NCBI GenBank assembly: GCA_002104905.1
Contig: MCFE01000459.1
Location: 7,585 to 71,584, forward strand
DNA length: 64,000 nt
Direction of reading: 5' to 3'
DNA from: Basidiobolus meristosporus CBS 931.73
Lineage: Eukaryota > Fungi > Basidiobolomycota
The notes under the pieces are model-generated. The model saw nothing but the letters and a program-made list of their open reading frames with translations, was not told the DNA's origin and ran no database searches. Position numbers and translations under genes: made by a program. Each line of letters starts with the position of its first letter. The first letter of the stretch is position 1. This document shows positions 10,270 to 23,543 of the stretch, one piece after another.

Positions 10270-11640
10270 TTATTCCAGAATAGCCAAGATCCAACTAGCA
10301 CTTTTACCATTATTGTGTAATTGCCCTGAAACTGCTACAGAATGCTCCTGAGTATTCTGAGACTCTTCTCACTCAATGTTATAGCTGCATTACATCTGTA
10401 AATGTTTCAATACAGAGCATTCTAATGAATAAGTAACGGTTCAACTATTAGCATTCTCTCTTGATAAGTTTCTTGTATCCAAAACATATCTTATATTCAA
10501 ACAGGTTTTAAGCCCCAATTCCCTTAATCTGTTTCAAAGATGACTTCTACAACTAAACAGAAAAATACAAACATCCTTCCTGTAAAACAGAGGTTTGATA
10601 GGAATAACTACAGACTCTGAAGAGTAAAGATGCAGATCCTCCTTCAAGAAAGAAAGCACTGGATTATAGTGACAGGAAAGGAAGTTGGGTCAAAGGAACA
10701 GAAGAAGTTTCCAAGTGTTGAGAGAAGGAGAAGAAAGATGCTAATGCCAACGTTTATATCAACAAGATTCTTTTGTTGGACAAATTCAAGCTTATAGCAA
10801 TGTTAAAACTGCACCAAAGTTCTTAGAGTAAACTTTCAGGGCAAAGTAGACCGCAAGCAAGCTTTATTCAAGAAAGAGTTCATTAATATGATGCATAAGT
10901 CAGAAGATGATATGCTTCAACTCATCAACAGAATAGATAGAGTTGTAGAAGAACCTTGCAGTGTTAATGCTGGTGAGGATGATGACGTTAGGATACATTG
11001 TCTACTTTGCAGCCTACCAGCTAAGTATGCACCACTGATGTATTCTTTTGAAAGTAGTGAAGACAATCTGATATTTCACTACGTCAAAGAAAGACCTCTC
11101 CAAAAGATCTAAGAAAATGCTTCATTAAGCACAGAAAGACACACAAAAAAAAGGGAAAGCAACAAATCTGGAGAATACCTGGCTGATATAACAATTGTAA
11201 GAAGCCTGGACATTGGGCAAGAGAATGCAAGAAGAGGCAGGAAGAAATAAAATATATATTAGAGCAGGCAAGCCATAGAAACTCAGACAAATGGCCATTT
11301 TTAACTGTACAGGATAGTGCAAATAACTAATGTTAAGAATGGTGTATTGACTCTGTAGCATTGCTGTATAGTGGCTGTGTAAAGGAGTGGTTTAAAACTT
11401 AAGTACTATCAATGCCAGTAAGTTAATCTGGGAGGCAACTCTTTATTAGAAGCTACTGCCAGTGTGTCTACACAGCTTAATATGACTGATATCTCAGGGG
11501 CAACAATATAAGAGCTAACTGACTTACTCATATGCTTGGAGTAGTCAAGAACTGCTTCTCATTGAGTAAGCAACTACTTGAGGGCTAAATTTGGTTTTTA
11601 CTAAGCTGAGCTCCTCCATATTTAGTGAAAATTGATGCTG
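10270..11640 (+). pseudogene. Old Copia family A fragment: partial LTR, degenerate PBS (ggttttaagcccc, ~10504), gag to protease
   Basis: Collinear with 23270-24660; CCHC remnant NCKKPGHWAREC; heavily mutated. Confidence 0.8.
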
Positions 11641-11679
11641 CTTATTGATGAAAAGACAAAATATCCAAGCAGCTGTGGT

Positions 11680-12190
11680 GGTATTAGAAGTATGAATTTG
11701 CCCTATGTAGGAATATTGCACATTGATACATATAGCATTAAGGTTTTATTGCTCCTTTTCTTAAAGCTTTTCAACTTTGTCTGCTGTGCTGTTGGGCTTA
11801 ACTTTTTTTCCCACTACTATATTCTAAACCTCTCTTTCCTCAAGGTGAATCTGCATCTTGATTCTACAAAGTGCTTAGTTATTCTTATCAAACCTCTCTT
11901 TTACAGGGGAGAGGTTTAAATTGCTCTGTTTACTGACAGAAGTCTTCATTAGGGTAGATTAAGGGAATGGGAGCACATAAACTGTTGTATTTTTTGAAGT
12001 GTTCTGGATATATGGAACTTATCAAGATAGAATGACAATAGTTGAGCTGTTGTTTTTCTGTAAAGAGGCGCTACTGTACTATCTTTGAAGAAGTAATACA
12101 ACTACAATGCTAAGTAAGTAGAGCTTCTTAGCATTCAGGAGTATTACAAAGCAGTATTTGGGCTAGTGCAGAGTGCCAATGAGCTCTTGA
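11680..12190 (-). pseudogene. Old inverted Copia A fragment (gag 5' end, PBS, partial LTR)
   Basis: Reverse complement aligns with the A2 LTR and gag start; its antisense ORF 11632-11919 resembles 23538-23798. Confidence 0.7.
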
Positions 12191-13187
12191 CCAAAAAGCA
12201 ATAATTGAAGTATTATGGATCTCAAAGAAAGTGTCAAAGTTAGGGCTATCAAATAGTCCTACAGTGACTGGGACCAGTCCAGAATAATCCGGTCTATATT
12301 TGGCTGATGAAAGATACCAGATGGTCTCATATGTTTACACAAACAGACTTAATATTGTATATATCACAAATTTAGTGTACATTTGTGTACTATGCTTAGA
12401 TTTAAGCTGCAAAAGAATGTATTGCTTAAATCATGACAGATGATTGCAGCTCAACACAATGGCATTGTCACCTCCTAGTTTTTTTTCACAAAGAGAAGCC
12501 AAATCACTCCAGCAGGTGTTACATAGCCTTGCTCTGACTCCTTTGACTTGCCAAAGGCTCCTATGATGAAGGTACTTGTGGTGGGTCTTTGTCAGTCAGT
12601 TCTCCAGATGTAAATTGCTGCTGGCCAGGTTTGACATCATGAACAGGCACAACATGAAATACTGTCATGGGCCCTGGCTTAGCTTGATGTGATGCTGTAT
12701 GTATAGGTAACTTGGCCTGTGCATGTAGACTTGTGTCTAATTAGGCGGCTTGGCAAGCTCTTGTAACTTTGCTCTGAGCTATGTATCTTGACCTAACATG
12801 CATTAACTTAGTGAATGATGCTCTTGCCACAGATGCCAGTGTAGATTGAAATGAAGTGCTCCAGCTCACTATTATTTCAAGACTTGTAAAAAATCCAACC
12901 AGGTATGCTGGTTGTATCTTGCCTCAGTTGCACATGGTTGGTTTTATTCCTCTTGAGGTAAGCTTGCATGTTTCTCAAGATATTCACCTACCTGCCTTCC
13001 AATTTCTTGAAACTGATGCCTCAGTAAGTCTTGGGAAATTGATCTTGAATGCAACTGCACTCTTCCCATTTTTCACATAGACATTAGTAACTTGAGACAA
13101 AAAGTTATTCAAGATCTTCATTGTTCCCAAAGCTAGGGCACAAACATATGCATCTGGTTGGTAGTGCACATGTTGTGTGTGTAGTTG

Positions 13188-13555
13188 TGTTATGATCTGC
13201 CGCTTGAATGTTTAAGTTAGATCAGTTTTTAGTCAAATCAGTTAGTATATGTTTAGGTTATCAGTACATCAGTATTATCTATGAAATCAGTAGCATTAGT
13301 CAGCAAATGAATCAGCAGATCCTTATCAGACAGAAATAGATATATTAAGTAGGATCTTATTGGGTGATGATGATGCAATCAAATGAGTCATCAGCCACAA
13401 CCTACATTAGGAAATACAATTAGTCAGCAATTGATCTGGCAAAATGTATATAAGGAGCTGCTGGAACCTCAATAAAAATCAGTTCAAGTTTTAGTGAATA
13501 CAATACTAGCTAAACTCCCTATTCCTCTACAACTCTTATACCAAGACTTGTAACA
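13188..13555 (+). repeat. G1 5' LTR
   Basis: TGTTATGATC...GACTTGTAACA; TATA-like TATATAA followed by AATAAA. Confidence 0.98.
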
Positions 13556-13556
13556 T

Positions 13557-13567
13557 TGGTAGCAGCG
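13557..13567 (+). promoter_or_regulatory. G1 primer binding site TGGTAGCAGCG (3' end of initiator tRNA-Met)
   Basis: 1 nt after the LTR; complementary to a ...CGCUGCUACCA tRNA end. Confidence 0.8.
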
Positions 13568-13613
13568 ATAACCAGAAACCTCCCTCCTGAAGAAAGAAGA
13601 AACCACCCTCAAG

Positions 13614-16600
13614 ATGTCGGACAATCAAGAATGGAAGAATGCCATGCAGCAAATCCTGGCCCAACAGCAACAGCTACTCCAGATCCTCAGCCAACAGCAA
13701 CAAGGAATGACTACCATGGCTCAGAGCCAGCAAAGCCCTGTCAAGAGCAACTTTAGTGTGAAGGTCAACCGGTACCATGGCAGAGTCAATGAAAACCTGG
13801 GAACTTGGCTCTTTCAGATTGAAGAAGCTTTTAAAGCTAAAGGAATTGCTCCAGAGAGCAAGTTGCATTATGCAGCTTCTTACCTGGCAGATGCAGCTTT
13901 ACAGTGGTACCACAACAAGATCAGGTCAGCTACTATGATGGGATGCTCTACAATCTCTACCTGGGATGAGTTTGTGTCGGAAATTCAGGATGCTTTTGAA
14001 CCTCCACACCAGCAGACACTACTAAGAAGGAAGTTAAAGACACTCAGACAGAAAGGAATGGTGCAAGAATACATCTATGAGTACAGATGTCTACTTGGAC
14101 AAATTGAAAGAATGGACCCCTTGGATCAAGTTGAATACTTTATTGATGGGTTGAAAGAAAGAACTCGCAAGGAAGTCAATTACCGAAGACCTCAGACTAT
14201 TGAAGAAGCCATCAAGATTGCCATTGACTATGACTCAGCTATGTTTGGAGTTGGGAAGCCTACAGTGACTAGTCAGAAAGGCTATAATCATTATGAAAGA
14301 AGACAATCAGAAGCAGTACCAATGGAAATAGACGCTATGCAGAAGAATCCCTCCTCAGAAGAATGCAAGAAGAGAGGACTTTGCTTCAATTGCCACCAGC
14401 AGGGACATATTGCAAAGTACTGCCCTCAGAGAAGAAATGGACACCAGCCAACAAGAACCTTCAACCATATTGAGTCCCATGAACACAATAATGAGGAAGA
14501 TGAGCTTGAAGAAGACTCGGAACTCACCTTCCATATGACAGAAGAGTACTTGTCCCAAATGACTTCAAACTCAGGGAAGTTATTGTACCTGAATGGAGCA
14601 ATCAATGGAGTACCTGCCAAGATCATGATTGACTCAGGAGCATCGCATGAGTACATGTCAGAGCAATTTGCTTTGAAAGCTGGAATCAACTCGGAACCTA
14701 CCAAATCAACTTCAGTCTCCACAGCTGATGGGAACTCCCACATAATCAACCGTATTACCCAGCCAGTAAGAATGAAGATCAATGACTATGAAGAAGACCT
14801 ACAGGCTTATATATTTGGGAACTGCAAGTTTGACCTTGTACTTGGGAAAACCTGGCTATTTTGTCGTAATCCATCAATCAACTGGAGAACCCATGCTACT
14901 CAGATCCAAAAAGACAACAAGACCTATGAGCTATTACCTGCCAGGCTGGATTTCAACTTGGTCAATTCCAGTGTGTGTGAGACAAGTGAACTTAGCAAGA
15001 CCCAGTTCTGTAGAGCACTTAGAAAAGGTACCCAGATGTTCCTCATGGCGGTATTACAGGAGGATTCCTCTGTCCCAGCACCCCAGCAGGTCCAGACTCT
15101 CTTGAAGAAATATTCAGACGTGTTTCCAGATGAGCTTGTAAGCCTACCACCAGTCAGAGATGTGGATCATGCCATTGACACAGGAGATAGCCCTCCAGTG
15201 AGCAAGACACCTTACAGAATGAGTCCATTGGAATTGGAGGAAATGAAGAAACAAATTGATCAGCTATTGGAGCAAGGATACATCAGGCCCAGCAAGTCAC
15301 CTTGGGGAGCACCAGTGCTTTTTGTGAAAAAGAAGGATGGAACACTTAGGATGTGCATTGACTACAGAGCCCTGAACTCAGTTACCGTCAAGAATAAGTA
15401 CCCCATACCTCGGATTGATGAGCTTTTGGACCAACTTAATGGAGCCACTATTTTCAGCAAGATCGACCTCATGTCAGGATACAACCAGATTAGGGTGAAA
15501 CCAGAAGATATCCCTAAGACAGCATTCAGGACCAGATACGGACATTACAAGTACTTAGTCATGAGTTTTGGCCTCACTAATGCCCCTGCAACATTCATGA
15601 CGCTGATGCAGACTGTCTTTCAGGAGTACTTAGACAAGTTTGTGATAATCTACCTGGATGACATATTGATATACAGCAAGACAGAAAAGGATCACATGGT
15701 GCACATTGAAAAGGTCTTGAAGAAACTAAGAGAGAACAAGCTATACGGCAAGCTAGCCAAGTGTGAATTCTTCAAGGAACACGTAGAATATCTGGGACAC
15801 ATAGTGACTAGCACAGGAGTAACCTTAGACCCCAAGAAGGTGGAAGTAATCAAGAATTTGAAGCAGCCCCATAGCATATCAGAACTCAGATCCTTCCTTG
15901 GAATGGTTTCCTATTATCGGAGATTTGTCAAGTCATTTGCAAGTATTGCAGCCCCTTTAACTGATATCCTCAAGAAAGACAATACCTACAAGTGGGACAT
16001 AGCTTGTGAGACTGCCTTCCAGACACTAAAGAATGAACTTGCTAAGCTGCCAAGCTTAAGAATACCAGACTTCAGAAAAGAGTTCACTCTGTGCACAGAT
16101 GCTTCAGATTATGCAATTGGTGGAGTGCTGAGCCAAGAACACGAGGGAAAGGACTACCCTGTTGCCTTTGAATCCAAGAAACTGAACTCAGCAGAACAAA
16201 ACTATCCAGTTCATGAGAAGGAGATGCTTGCTATAATACACTGTTTGAAGACATGGAGATGCTATATTGAAGGAGTCAAATGCACTGTGAAGACTGATCA
16301 TGCCTCCCTCAAGTATATATTTACTCAGAAGGTACTCTCTAGAAGAATGACAAGATGGAGTGAATACATTCAGCAATTTGACCTGGAGATTGTCTACTGT
16401 CCTGGAAAAAACAACACGGTTGCTGATGCCTTATCAAGATTAGATCAAGTTGCACAACTCAACTTGGTGCATGAATCAGATTGGCCTAGCCTATTACCAA
16501 AGTACTTGGAGGACCAAGCCATTCCTAATGAGGTGGATGAAGATATCAAGAAGATAATCCGTGATGAGGCCAGCAAATTTGTTGTACAGAATGAAACACT

Positions 16601-17747
16601 CTACCGAATTGTTGATGGAAGCCCTATTGCCTATTGTCCTTATGTTGCTCGCCTGGATTTAATACATAAGCTACACAATGGATATGGACATCTTGGGATT
16701 GAAGGAACCTATAGCCTTGTAAAAGCCAGAGCATGGTGGCCCAGAATGAAACAAGACATTAAGAAGCTAGTAAAAACATGCCCAAACTGCCAAATCAATC
16801 AAGGCCAGCCACAAAGAATTGCCAAACTCTTCCCTTTGGAGCCTGTAAGACCATTTGAGAGATGGGGAATTGACTTTATTGGAAGACTGCCAACTACCAG
16901 GAAATGCAACCGTTGGATCCTAGTAGCAATTGACCATGCCACTAAATGGCCAGTTGCTCAAGCTGTACCAATAGCCAGTGAACAAGAAGTTGCAAGTTTC
17001 ATTTACCATGAGATCCTGATGAAGTTTGGATGCCCTGTGGAGATCTTATCCAATAGAGGTGCAAACTTTATGGCAAAGACATTAGAGGCTTACCTGGAAA
17101 TGCAGCAGATCAGACACTTGAAAACCTCGGCATATCACCCCAGAACTAATGGAGTCACTGAGCGGTTTAATGGATTATTTGGAAAAATGCTGACCAAGTA
17201 TGCAAATGGAGTTGTCAGTAGATGGGATGAGTATATAGACCAAGCACTCTTTGCATGCAGAGTCAGAGTACACAACACCACCCAGCAATCACCATTTTAC
17301 TTAGTTTATGGATGTGAACCAAGGATTCCAGGAGATCTCACACAACCAAAGCTTACAGACACCTTAGAAGATGAACTCAGTCAGCCAAGTAGACACCAGC
17401 AACTGGAACAAAGACGTCAAGAGGCACAGACCAAAGTATCTCAAAGTGCAGAAAAGATGAAGCAGAGATTTGATAAGACTATAGCACCAGAAGCATTGAC
17501 AGTTGGGAACTTTGTATTGCTAAGAAACAACACTTGGAAGAAGTTTAAGCCACAATGGACAGGACCATTCAAGATCATCAGAGAATGTCCATTTGCAACT
17601 TACCAACTGGTGGACAAACAAGGCAATATCCGGGAAGACTTAGTGCATAGGGACAGACTCAAGCTTGCAAGACTTGCTGATAATACTGAACCATCAAGAT
17701 ATTGGTATCACAAGAAAAGAGATTCAGGAGAACCCTCTCAACTTTAG
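13614..17747 (+). CDS. Gag-Pol polyprotein, 1377 aa: Gag, CCHC knuckle, protease (IDSGA), RT (YLDD), RNase H (TDAS), integrase (HHCC, GPF); no chromodomain
   Basis: Uninterrupted ORF in Ty3 domain order; the second catalytic Asp of integrase is Asn (ILSNRG, codon 17052-17054). Confidence 0.97.
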   Translation: MSDNQEWKNAMQQILAQQQQLLQILSQQQQGMTTMAQSQQSPVKSNFSVKVNRYHGRVNENLGTWLFQIEEAFKAKGIAPESKLHYAASYLADAALQWYHNKIRSATMMGCSTISTWDEFVSEIQDAFEPPHQQTLLRRKLKTLRQKGMVQEYIYEYRCLLGQIERMDPLDQVEYFIDGLKERTRKEVNYRRPQTIEEAIKIAIDYDSAMFGVGKPTVTSQKGYNHYERRQSEAVPMEIDAMQKNPSSEECKKRGLCFNCHQQGHIAKYCPQRRNGHQPTRTFNHIESHEHNNEEDELEEDSELTFHMTEEYLSQMTSNSGKLLYLNGAINGVPAKIMIDSGASHEYMSEQFALKAGINSEPTKSTSVSTADGNSHIINRITQPVRMKINDYEEDLQAYIFGNCKFDLVLGKTWLFCRNPSINWRTHATQIQKDNKTYELLPARLDFNLVNSSVCETSELSKTQFCRALRKGTQMFLMAVLQEDSSVPAPQQVQTLLKKYSDVFPDELVSLPPVRDVDHAIDTGDSPPVSKTPYRMSPLELEEMKKQIDQLLEQGYIRPSKSPWGAPVLFVKKKDGTLRMCIDYRALNSVTVKNKYPIPRIDELLDQLNGATIFSKIDLMSGYNQIRVKPEDIPKTAFRTRYGHYKYLVMSFGLTNAPATFMTLMQTVFQEYLDKFVIIYLDDILIYSKTEKDHMVHIEKVLKKLRENKLYGKLAKCEFFKEHVEYLGHIVTSTGVTLDPKKVEVIKNLKQPHSISELRSFLGMVSYYRRFVKSFASIAAPLTDILKKDNTYKWDIACETAFQTLKNELAKLPSLRIPDFRKEFTLCTDASDYAIGGVLSQEHEGKDYPVAFESKKLNSAEQNYPVHEKEMLAIIHCLKTWRCYIEGVKCTVKTDHASLKYIFTQKVLSRRMTRWSEYIQQFDLEIVYCPGKNNTVADALSRLDQVAQLNLVHESDWPSLLPKYLEDQAIPNEVDEDIKKIIRDEASKFVVQNETLYRIVDGSPIAYCPYVARLDLIHKLHNGYGHLGIEGTYSLVKARAWWPRMKQDIKKLVKTCPNCQINQGQPQRIAKLFPLEPVRPFERWGIDFIGRLPTTRKCNRWILVAIDHATKWPVAQAVPIASEQEVASFIYHEILMKFGCPVEILSNRGANFMAKTLEAYLEMQQIRHLKTSAYHPRTNGVTERFNGLFGKMLTKYANGVVSRWDEYIDQALFACRVRVHNTTQQSPFYLVYGCEPRIPGDLTQPKLTDTLEDELSQPSRHQQLEQRRQEAQTKVSQSAEKMKQRFDKTIAPEALTVGNFVLLRNNTWKKFKPQWTGPFKIIRECPFATYQLVDKQGNIREDLVHRDRLKLARLADNTEPSRYWYHKKRDSGEPSQL

Positions 17748-17748
17748 T

Positions 17749-17757
17749 AGGGGAGAA
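17749..17757 (+). promoter_or_regulatory. G1 polypurine tract
   Basis: AGGGGAGAA directly before the 3' LTR. Confidence 0.9.
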
Positions 17758-18125
17758 TGTTATGATCTGCCGCTTGAATGTTTAAGTTAGATCAGTTTTT
17801 AGTCAAATCAGTTAGTATATGTTTAGGTTATCAGTACATCAGTATTATCTATGAAATCAGTAGCATTAGTCAGCAAATGAATCAGCAGATCCTTATCAGA
17901 CAGAAATAGATATATTAAGTAGGATCTTATTGGGTGATGATGATGCAATCAAATGAGTCATCAGCCACAACCTACATTAGGAAATACAATTAGTCAGCAA
18001 TTGATCTGGCAAAATGTATATAAGGAGCTGCTGGAACCTCAATAAAAATCAGTTCAAGTTTTAGTGAATACAATACTAGCTAAACTCCCTATTCCTCTAC
18101 AACTCTTATACCAAGACTTGTAACA
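17758..18125 (+). repeat. G1 3' LTR
   Basis: Same sequence as 13188-13555. Confidence 0.98.
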
Positions 18126-19699
18126 GTTGATTGTACACAACTTCCTCATCCCCCTCACTCTCAAATTATTCTTAATACAATACTTACCATGATATTAATC
18201 TTGTGCATACAACTGCTAGTATCTTGTTGTAGAACTCATGCCACTGCTGTCTTTTCAGATTTTTTCATCTCTGTCAACTCCCTAAGGTAGCCAGGTCTCT
18301 CAGATTTATATGTAATGCCCAAGAATATGCAAGAAGATTCATCATAGACACTAAGCCAAACCAAAATATTTGATAATAGTTTAAGCAGATCCCAAAAATT
18401 ACTTCTCTAGTCTGGACTATGCTTGTGAGCTTGGGATTGATTTTGTCAAAGTTGAACTTAAGATGAGTTAAGGCTTAGTATAAGTAACATAATGATGGAT
18501 ATGTATGCTATCACAAAAGTTTTTGGCATTTTCTTAGTCTTGTTTGAAATGCACATGAAAACCAGTGTGATTGTTGCACTCTCAAAATATTGTGCTTGGT
18601 GCATATTAGATTTATATTGGCACAGATCAGAGAGCATCAGTTGCAGATTTCCTATCTCAAAATAGACTTATGAGTAATTTATTCATAAAATCAGCAAGTC
18701 ATTGCTTGAGGATAATTCTTGCAATCTAATGATGAAATACATTGTAATTGGTGATTTGATCATAATGCAAGGAAGGTCATATAAACTAAGCTGATTGCAC
18801 ATAATCAACTCAACTCATGCTGCCTTATTCACTTTCCAATCATAATATTATGTATATATCTGAATGAACCATTGTTGCAAATCCCATCACTACCAATGAG
18901 CTCCCTGTTAACACATTATAGAAGATCTTTACAAAATATTATGAACTATGATCCCTACTCTACTCAAGAAGATCCCTTGTTAAGCTCCTCTGCTATTACA
19001 AGAAGTACTGTCATACAAGGTTTAATTCCTTTTTCCTTGCAGACAAAAGTTCTGGAAATTATCATACCCAGCTGACAGCAATGAAGAATTACCTTTGTAA
19101 GAAGGCACTCTGGGTGGAGAATTATATAGAAGTTGGTGCAGGGCAGAAGTGCTTGGTAGACCTGGCTGATAAAGTGGTAAATTTTTCAACAGATGATTGC
19201 TTTACAGTCAATAGAAAGACAAGGTATGGTGTGCTTGGCAGAAAGCCAAAACTACACTCTCAGCTTTTCAAACAATGCAGAGTAAAAGTAGAGCATTCCT
19301 AGTTTCTGAAAAAATTAAGCATATTGGCAGGTTGACACAGTAGAGAGTCAGGTATAGGTGAGAACAGTAGGGTGGGTAAAACAGTCAAGATACTTATAAA
19401 TTCAGAGTATATTTATACAAGAAGATATTCACTGAGAGAAATGTGTCTGGATCATTATGAAGTATTAAGAAAGCCAGAAAAGAGCTGTTCTGAGTTATGT
19501 AGGCAAGATAGATCAAATTATCAGTAATTGCTTCCTGCTGATTGCATTGTGTTAGAAATTATGGAGCCAGATAGTGTTGTGCAGTGCCAGCTCAATCCAG
19601 AACTATACACAGGCTGAAACTATGTAGAGTATCAAAAAATACAAGGCTACTATCCTCTACCAGGTCAGAGCTCATTTGGACTAGTCTCAGAGTTTCCTA

Positions 19700-21417
19700 A
19701 AATTCTGCACCTCACCAATTTCTGCTGATTAGCAAATATGTTACACAATGAGTACTAAGTGAATTATCTCAGATACATCATTAATTTGCTACTAGCTCAA
19801 AATATAATAGATATCAGGTGGAATCTTAGTTACTTCAATATCACATTTTTTCTTTTGTGTCCCAGTTGCTCTAATGGCCCTTAGACATGCTGTCAAATAT
19901 GCTAATCAGTATTACTTTTGATGTTCTGGAAATGTGCACCCTAGTTTCAATGATTGATCAAGGATTTTCTCCAGCACAAAAGCAATCTAGCAAATGCTGA
20001 ACAAAGGTAGTAATGGAACTGATGCTACAGATAATGCACACTTATTCTGTGAGCTTATTTACAGTGGTTTTGTCCAAGGTCTAATACCAGTGTTTTATCA
20101 CCTGAATCAAAGAAGTCAATGATCAAATCTCTAAATGATCCAAATTTGATTGCAAAGTTGTCTCTGCATTTTAGTGATCAAGATAGGTTGTTCCAACTGC
20201 ATACAGTTGTACCAATGTTACTTGGTTTTTTTTTTCAAGTCGGGATCATTGTGCCAAGTCTTGATAAAGTATTTGTAGAGGGACAGGGGATTTAGCAAGC
20301 TTTGCAATTACTACATCTTGAACTGGTTATTATAGACGCTACAGTAGCTCCTTATGTGCTATTGACTTATTATATTGCATGATTCTCACCCAATAACATT
20401 GCACCTAAAATATTTACTGCTTTCTAGTAAAGATTTAGTGACTTATAGGCAACCAATGCTACTGACTTTGCAGATTGCATCTATATATTGATTGACTAAG
20501 CATAAATACAGCATGATTTAAGCAAAAACCAATTATGATCAAGTAAACACACAATATAATGTAATGTTCTTACTAAAGTGTTTGGTATTGTCATTCACTT
20601 TTATACCAAATCTGCCATTTTTTGACTATTGTCTTAGCTACTTGTGTATGAATATTGAGTATTTTGCCTCCTATGTGAGCAATCCAGGCTTCAAATTTGG
20701 TCATGTTAAATTACACCAGATGAGGTTGTAGACCTAGCCTGAATACTGCATGCTGATATGCTCACTTTCCTGACAAAGGCTGCTGGGGTAGAGGATATCT
20801 CCACTGGGACTCATTTGTCAATACAGCAAGTATAACTTGGTCATGGTCATGTGCAGCAGCATTTGTTGGCTTAACTTACTATGAAGGCAGAGCTCCTTGC
20901 TTAGAGCACTATGAAGTTGCCTATAGTTGCACTTTGTTGTGCTGTGACAGGCTTGTGTCAAATTGGCAGCTTTGCAAGCTTTGGTAGTGTTGCTCTAAAG
21001 TTCACATATTGACTTAGTGAAAGGAATCTCAATGGAGACTGTTAGCATTAGTTGTAATAACATATGCCAGTATGCTGGCATTGTAATACTAAGCAAAGAC
21101 TCCAGTAGCTCATACTGTTAGGTTTATTGGGCCACCTGTTGAAGGTTGACATTTCCAACTATTCAGAGCAAACACTCATCAATATCCAAGATCTTGATTG
21201 TTTCTTGGAGTAATCAAACAGGAGTCATCTATTGAATGAGATGTGTCAGATATAGAATGAATAGTGCATAAAGCTGCTATAGCACTGCTATGAGTAATGC
21301 AAATACAAATTACCACAGATTCCAATTGTTAAATGCCACTACCAACATTATGCTGAATATAGTAGTGCCAGAAGGTACACATTGTACTGAGCTGATCTAG
21401 CACTAGTGAACAAGCCC
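19700..21417 (+). mobile_element. Old, diverged family-X relative X4 (ORF2 C-terminal remnant on the minus strand at ~20600-21110; variant right end)
   Basis: Patchy similarity to 2260-3300; ends ...TAGTGCCAG...CTAGCACTAGTGAACAAGCCC|ATT. Confidence 0.55.
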
Positions 21418-23543
21418 ATTAGCTAATTCTCTGTTTCAGATTGATTATCAGCATAAAATGAAGGTTCAAGTAACCGTGAAGGATGTTCATTCATAAAGAC
21501 TTTACACTATGTCAAAGGAAGACTTCTCCATGATGAACTCAGGCGTAATGATCAAGCAGAGAAAATCAAAGATAATGCTTTATTCAGCTCAGAAAGGTAC
21601 TCAGAAAAGAAGGGAAAACAACAAAACCAAAGAAAACCTGGTTGCTGCAACTATTGTAAAAAGCCAGGACACTGGGCAAGAGAATTCAAGAAGAAACAAG
21701 CAGACAAAAAACAAAAACAAGAGCAGTCCAACCATATGACTACTGATGAACAGTTATTTGCAACCGTACAAGAGAGTGCAAGAATCCAAAGTAATGAATG
21801 GTATATTGACTCTAGAGCCTCACAGCATATTTGTGGTATAAAGGAGTGGTTCAGCAACTTAAAAACTATTCCTGTAAGAAAGGTTTATCTGGGAGACTTC
21901 TCTGCTCTGGAAGCAACCGCAAGTGGGTCTATACAACTAAATTTGAGCAATAGCTCAGGGGCAACCGCAGCAAGACTCACTGAAGTACTCTATATACCTG
22001 GAATAGCTAAGAACCTACTCTCAGTCCGTAAAGCAACTGATCAGGGACTGAAATTTGCTTTTACTAAGATGTGCTGCTCAATATTGAGAGAGAATGGACA
22101 AAATCTAGCTTTGGGAAACAGTGATCACAATATATACAAGTTACAATGCAAGATCATTGTACCTGAGTATGTCAACATTGCTGAAGCTGATGAAACCAGC
22201 TGGGAGACATGGCATAGGAGGCCAGGACACATTGGGGAACAGAAAATGAGCCAATTGGTGAAGCATCAGCTTGTTTTGGGCCTAAAATACTCAATTCCAA
22301 TCAAATTGAATGTTTGTATGGGATGTTCATATGGCAAACAAGCTAGGCAATGATTCAAGAGCTCAGAATGCATCAATACCACCAAAATATTGGCTATGGT
22401 ATACTTAGACATATGTGGCCCCATGAAAACACTGTCCTTTGGAGCCAAGAGATACTTTATAAAGCTTATTGATGTCAAAACAAGATATACATGGGTGTAC
22501 TTTCCTCAAAACAAAGGATGAAGCTTTAAAGAGGTTTAAGCACTTCAAGAACATGGCAGAAACACAAACTGGATGTAATTTGAAGGTACTACAAGGAGAC
22601 AATGGAGGAGAATACTGTTCAAAGGAGTTTGCAAAATACTGCTTGTCTACTGGTATACTCCAACAGACCACAGTTCCTCATACTCCACAGCAAAATGGAG
22701 CACCAGAACATGCAAATAGAACAATAGTAGAGATGGGAACATCTATGCTACATGATAAGGGAATGGACTACAAGTTTTGGGCTGAATCTGTTGCTACCAC
22801 AGTATACATCAGGAACAGATGCCCAACAACAGCATTACGTGATTCTACACCCTTTTGAGGCATATACAGGCTGAAAACAAGATCTCCAGCACCTCAAGAT
22901 CATTGGCAGTGATGTTTTTTATCACATTCCTGACAAAAAACGCTCAAAGTTGGAACCAAAGAGTAGAAAGGGATCTTTCTTGGGTACTGTAAAGATACTA
23001 AGAGGTATAGAGTGTATGATGGCAAAATTCAGAAGCTGATCAGAGCAGGGACATTGTATTTGAGGAGAATTCAGATCAGAAAGCCACAAAAATCATTGGC
23101 CAGCTGCCTGATGATGTAATCAACACTCATGAAGAAGATGTGGAAATATTGGACTATTTGGTATCATTCAGCAGCTAAAAATTTACTTAACAATTCTAGG
23201 CTAGTCTTAGTCACTGTAGTACTCATTTACTGCCTTAACTTTGCCACTTTCTCCAGATATATGATCTTATGATTATTCCCTTATAGTCAGGATCAAATTA
23301 GCACTATTACCAAACATTATGTACTAACCCTGAAACTGTTACAGAATGCTCCTGAATATTGATAAACCCTCCCTACTCAGTGTTGCAGCTGTATTACTTC
23401 TACAAAGGTATAAATACTGAGCTTCTGTATGAATAAACAACAGTTCAACTATTATCACTATTTCTTGATAAGTTCCTTATATCCAAATCACTTCTTAAAT
23501 TGTAACAGGTTATGAGCCACGATTGCCTTAATCTATTCTAAAG

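Larger units (their letters stand above)
13188..18125 (+). mobile_element. Full-length Ty3/Gypsy LTR retrotransposon G1 (4938 bp)
   Basis: 368-bp TG..CA LTRs, identical by eye; 4-bp TSD GTTG; PBS, PPT and a single gag-pol ORF. Confidence 0.98.
12465..19648 (+). mobile_element. Diverged family X copy X3, hosting Gypsy G1 in ORF2; left end not located
   Basis: ORF2 remnants on the minus strand at 12465-13187 and 18126-18560; transposase remnant 18850-19465 with an internal deletion; right end ACAAGGCT|ACT at 19648. Confidence 0.78.

Noticed and set aside
12190-12465. Left terminus of X3 or an independent element
   Set aside because: No AGACTTG-like end or matching ACT target found; similarity too weak to call.
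17600-17757. Chromodomain or env-like ORF in G1
   Set aside because: The ORF ends shortly after the GPF region and runs directly into the PPT; no space and no aromatic-cage motif.
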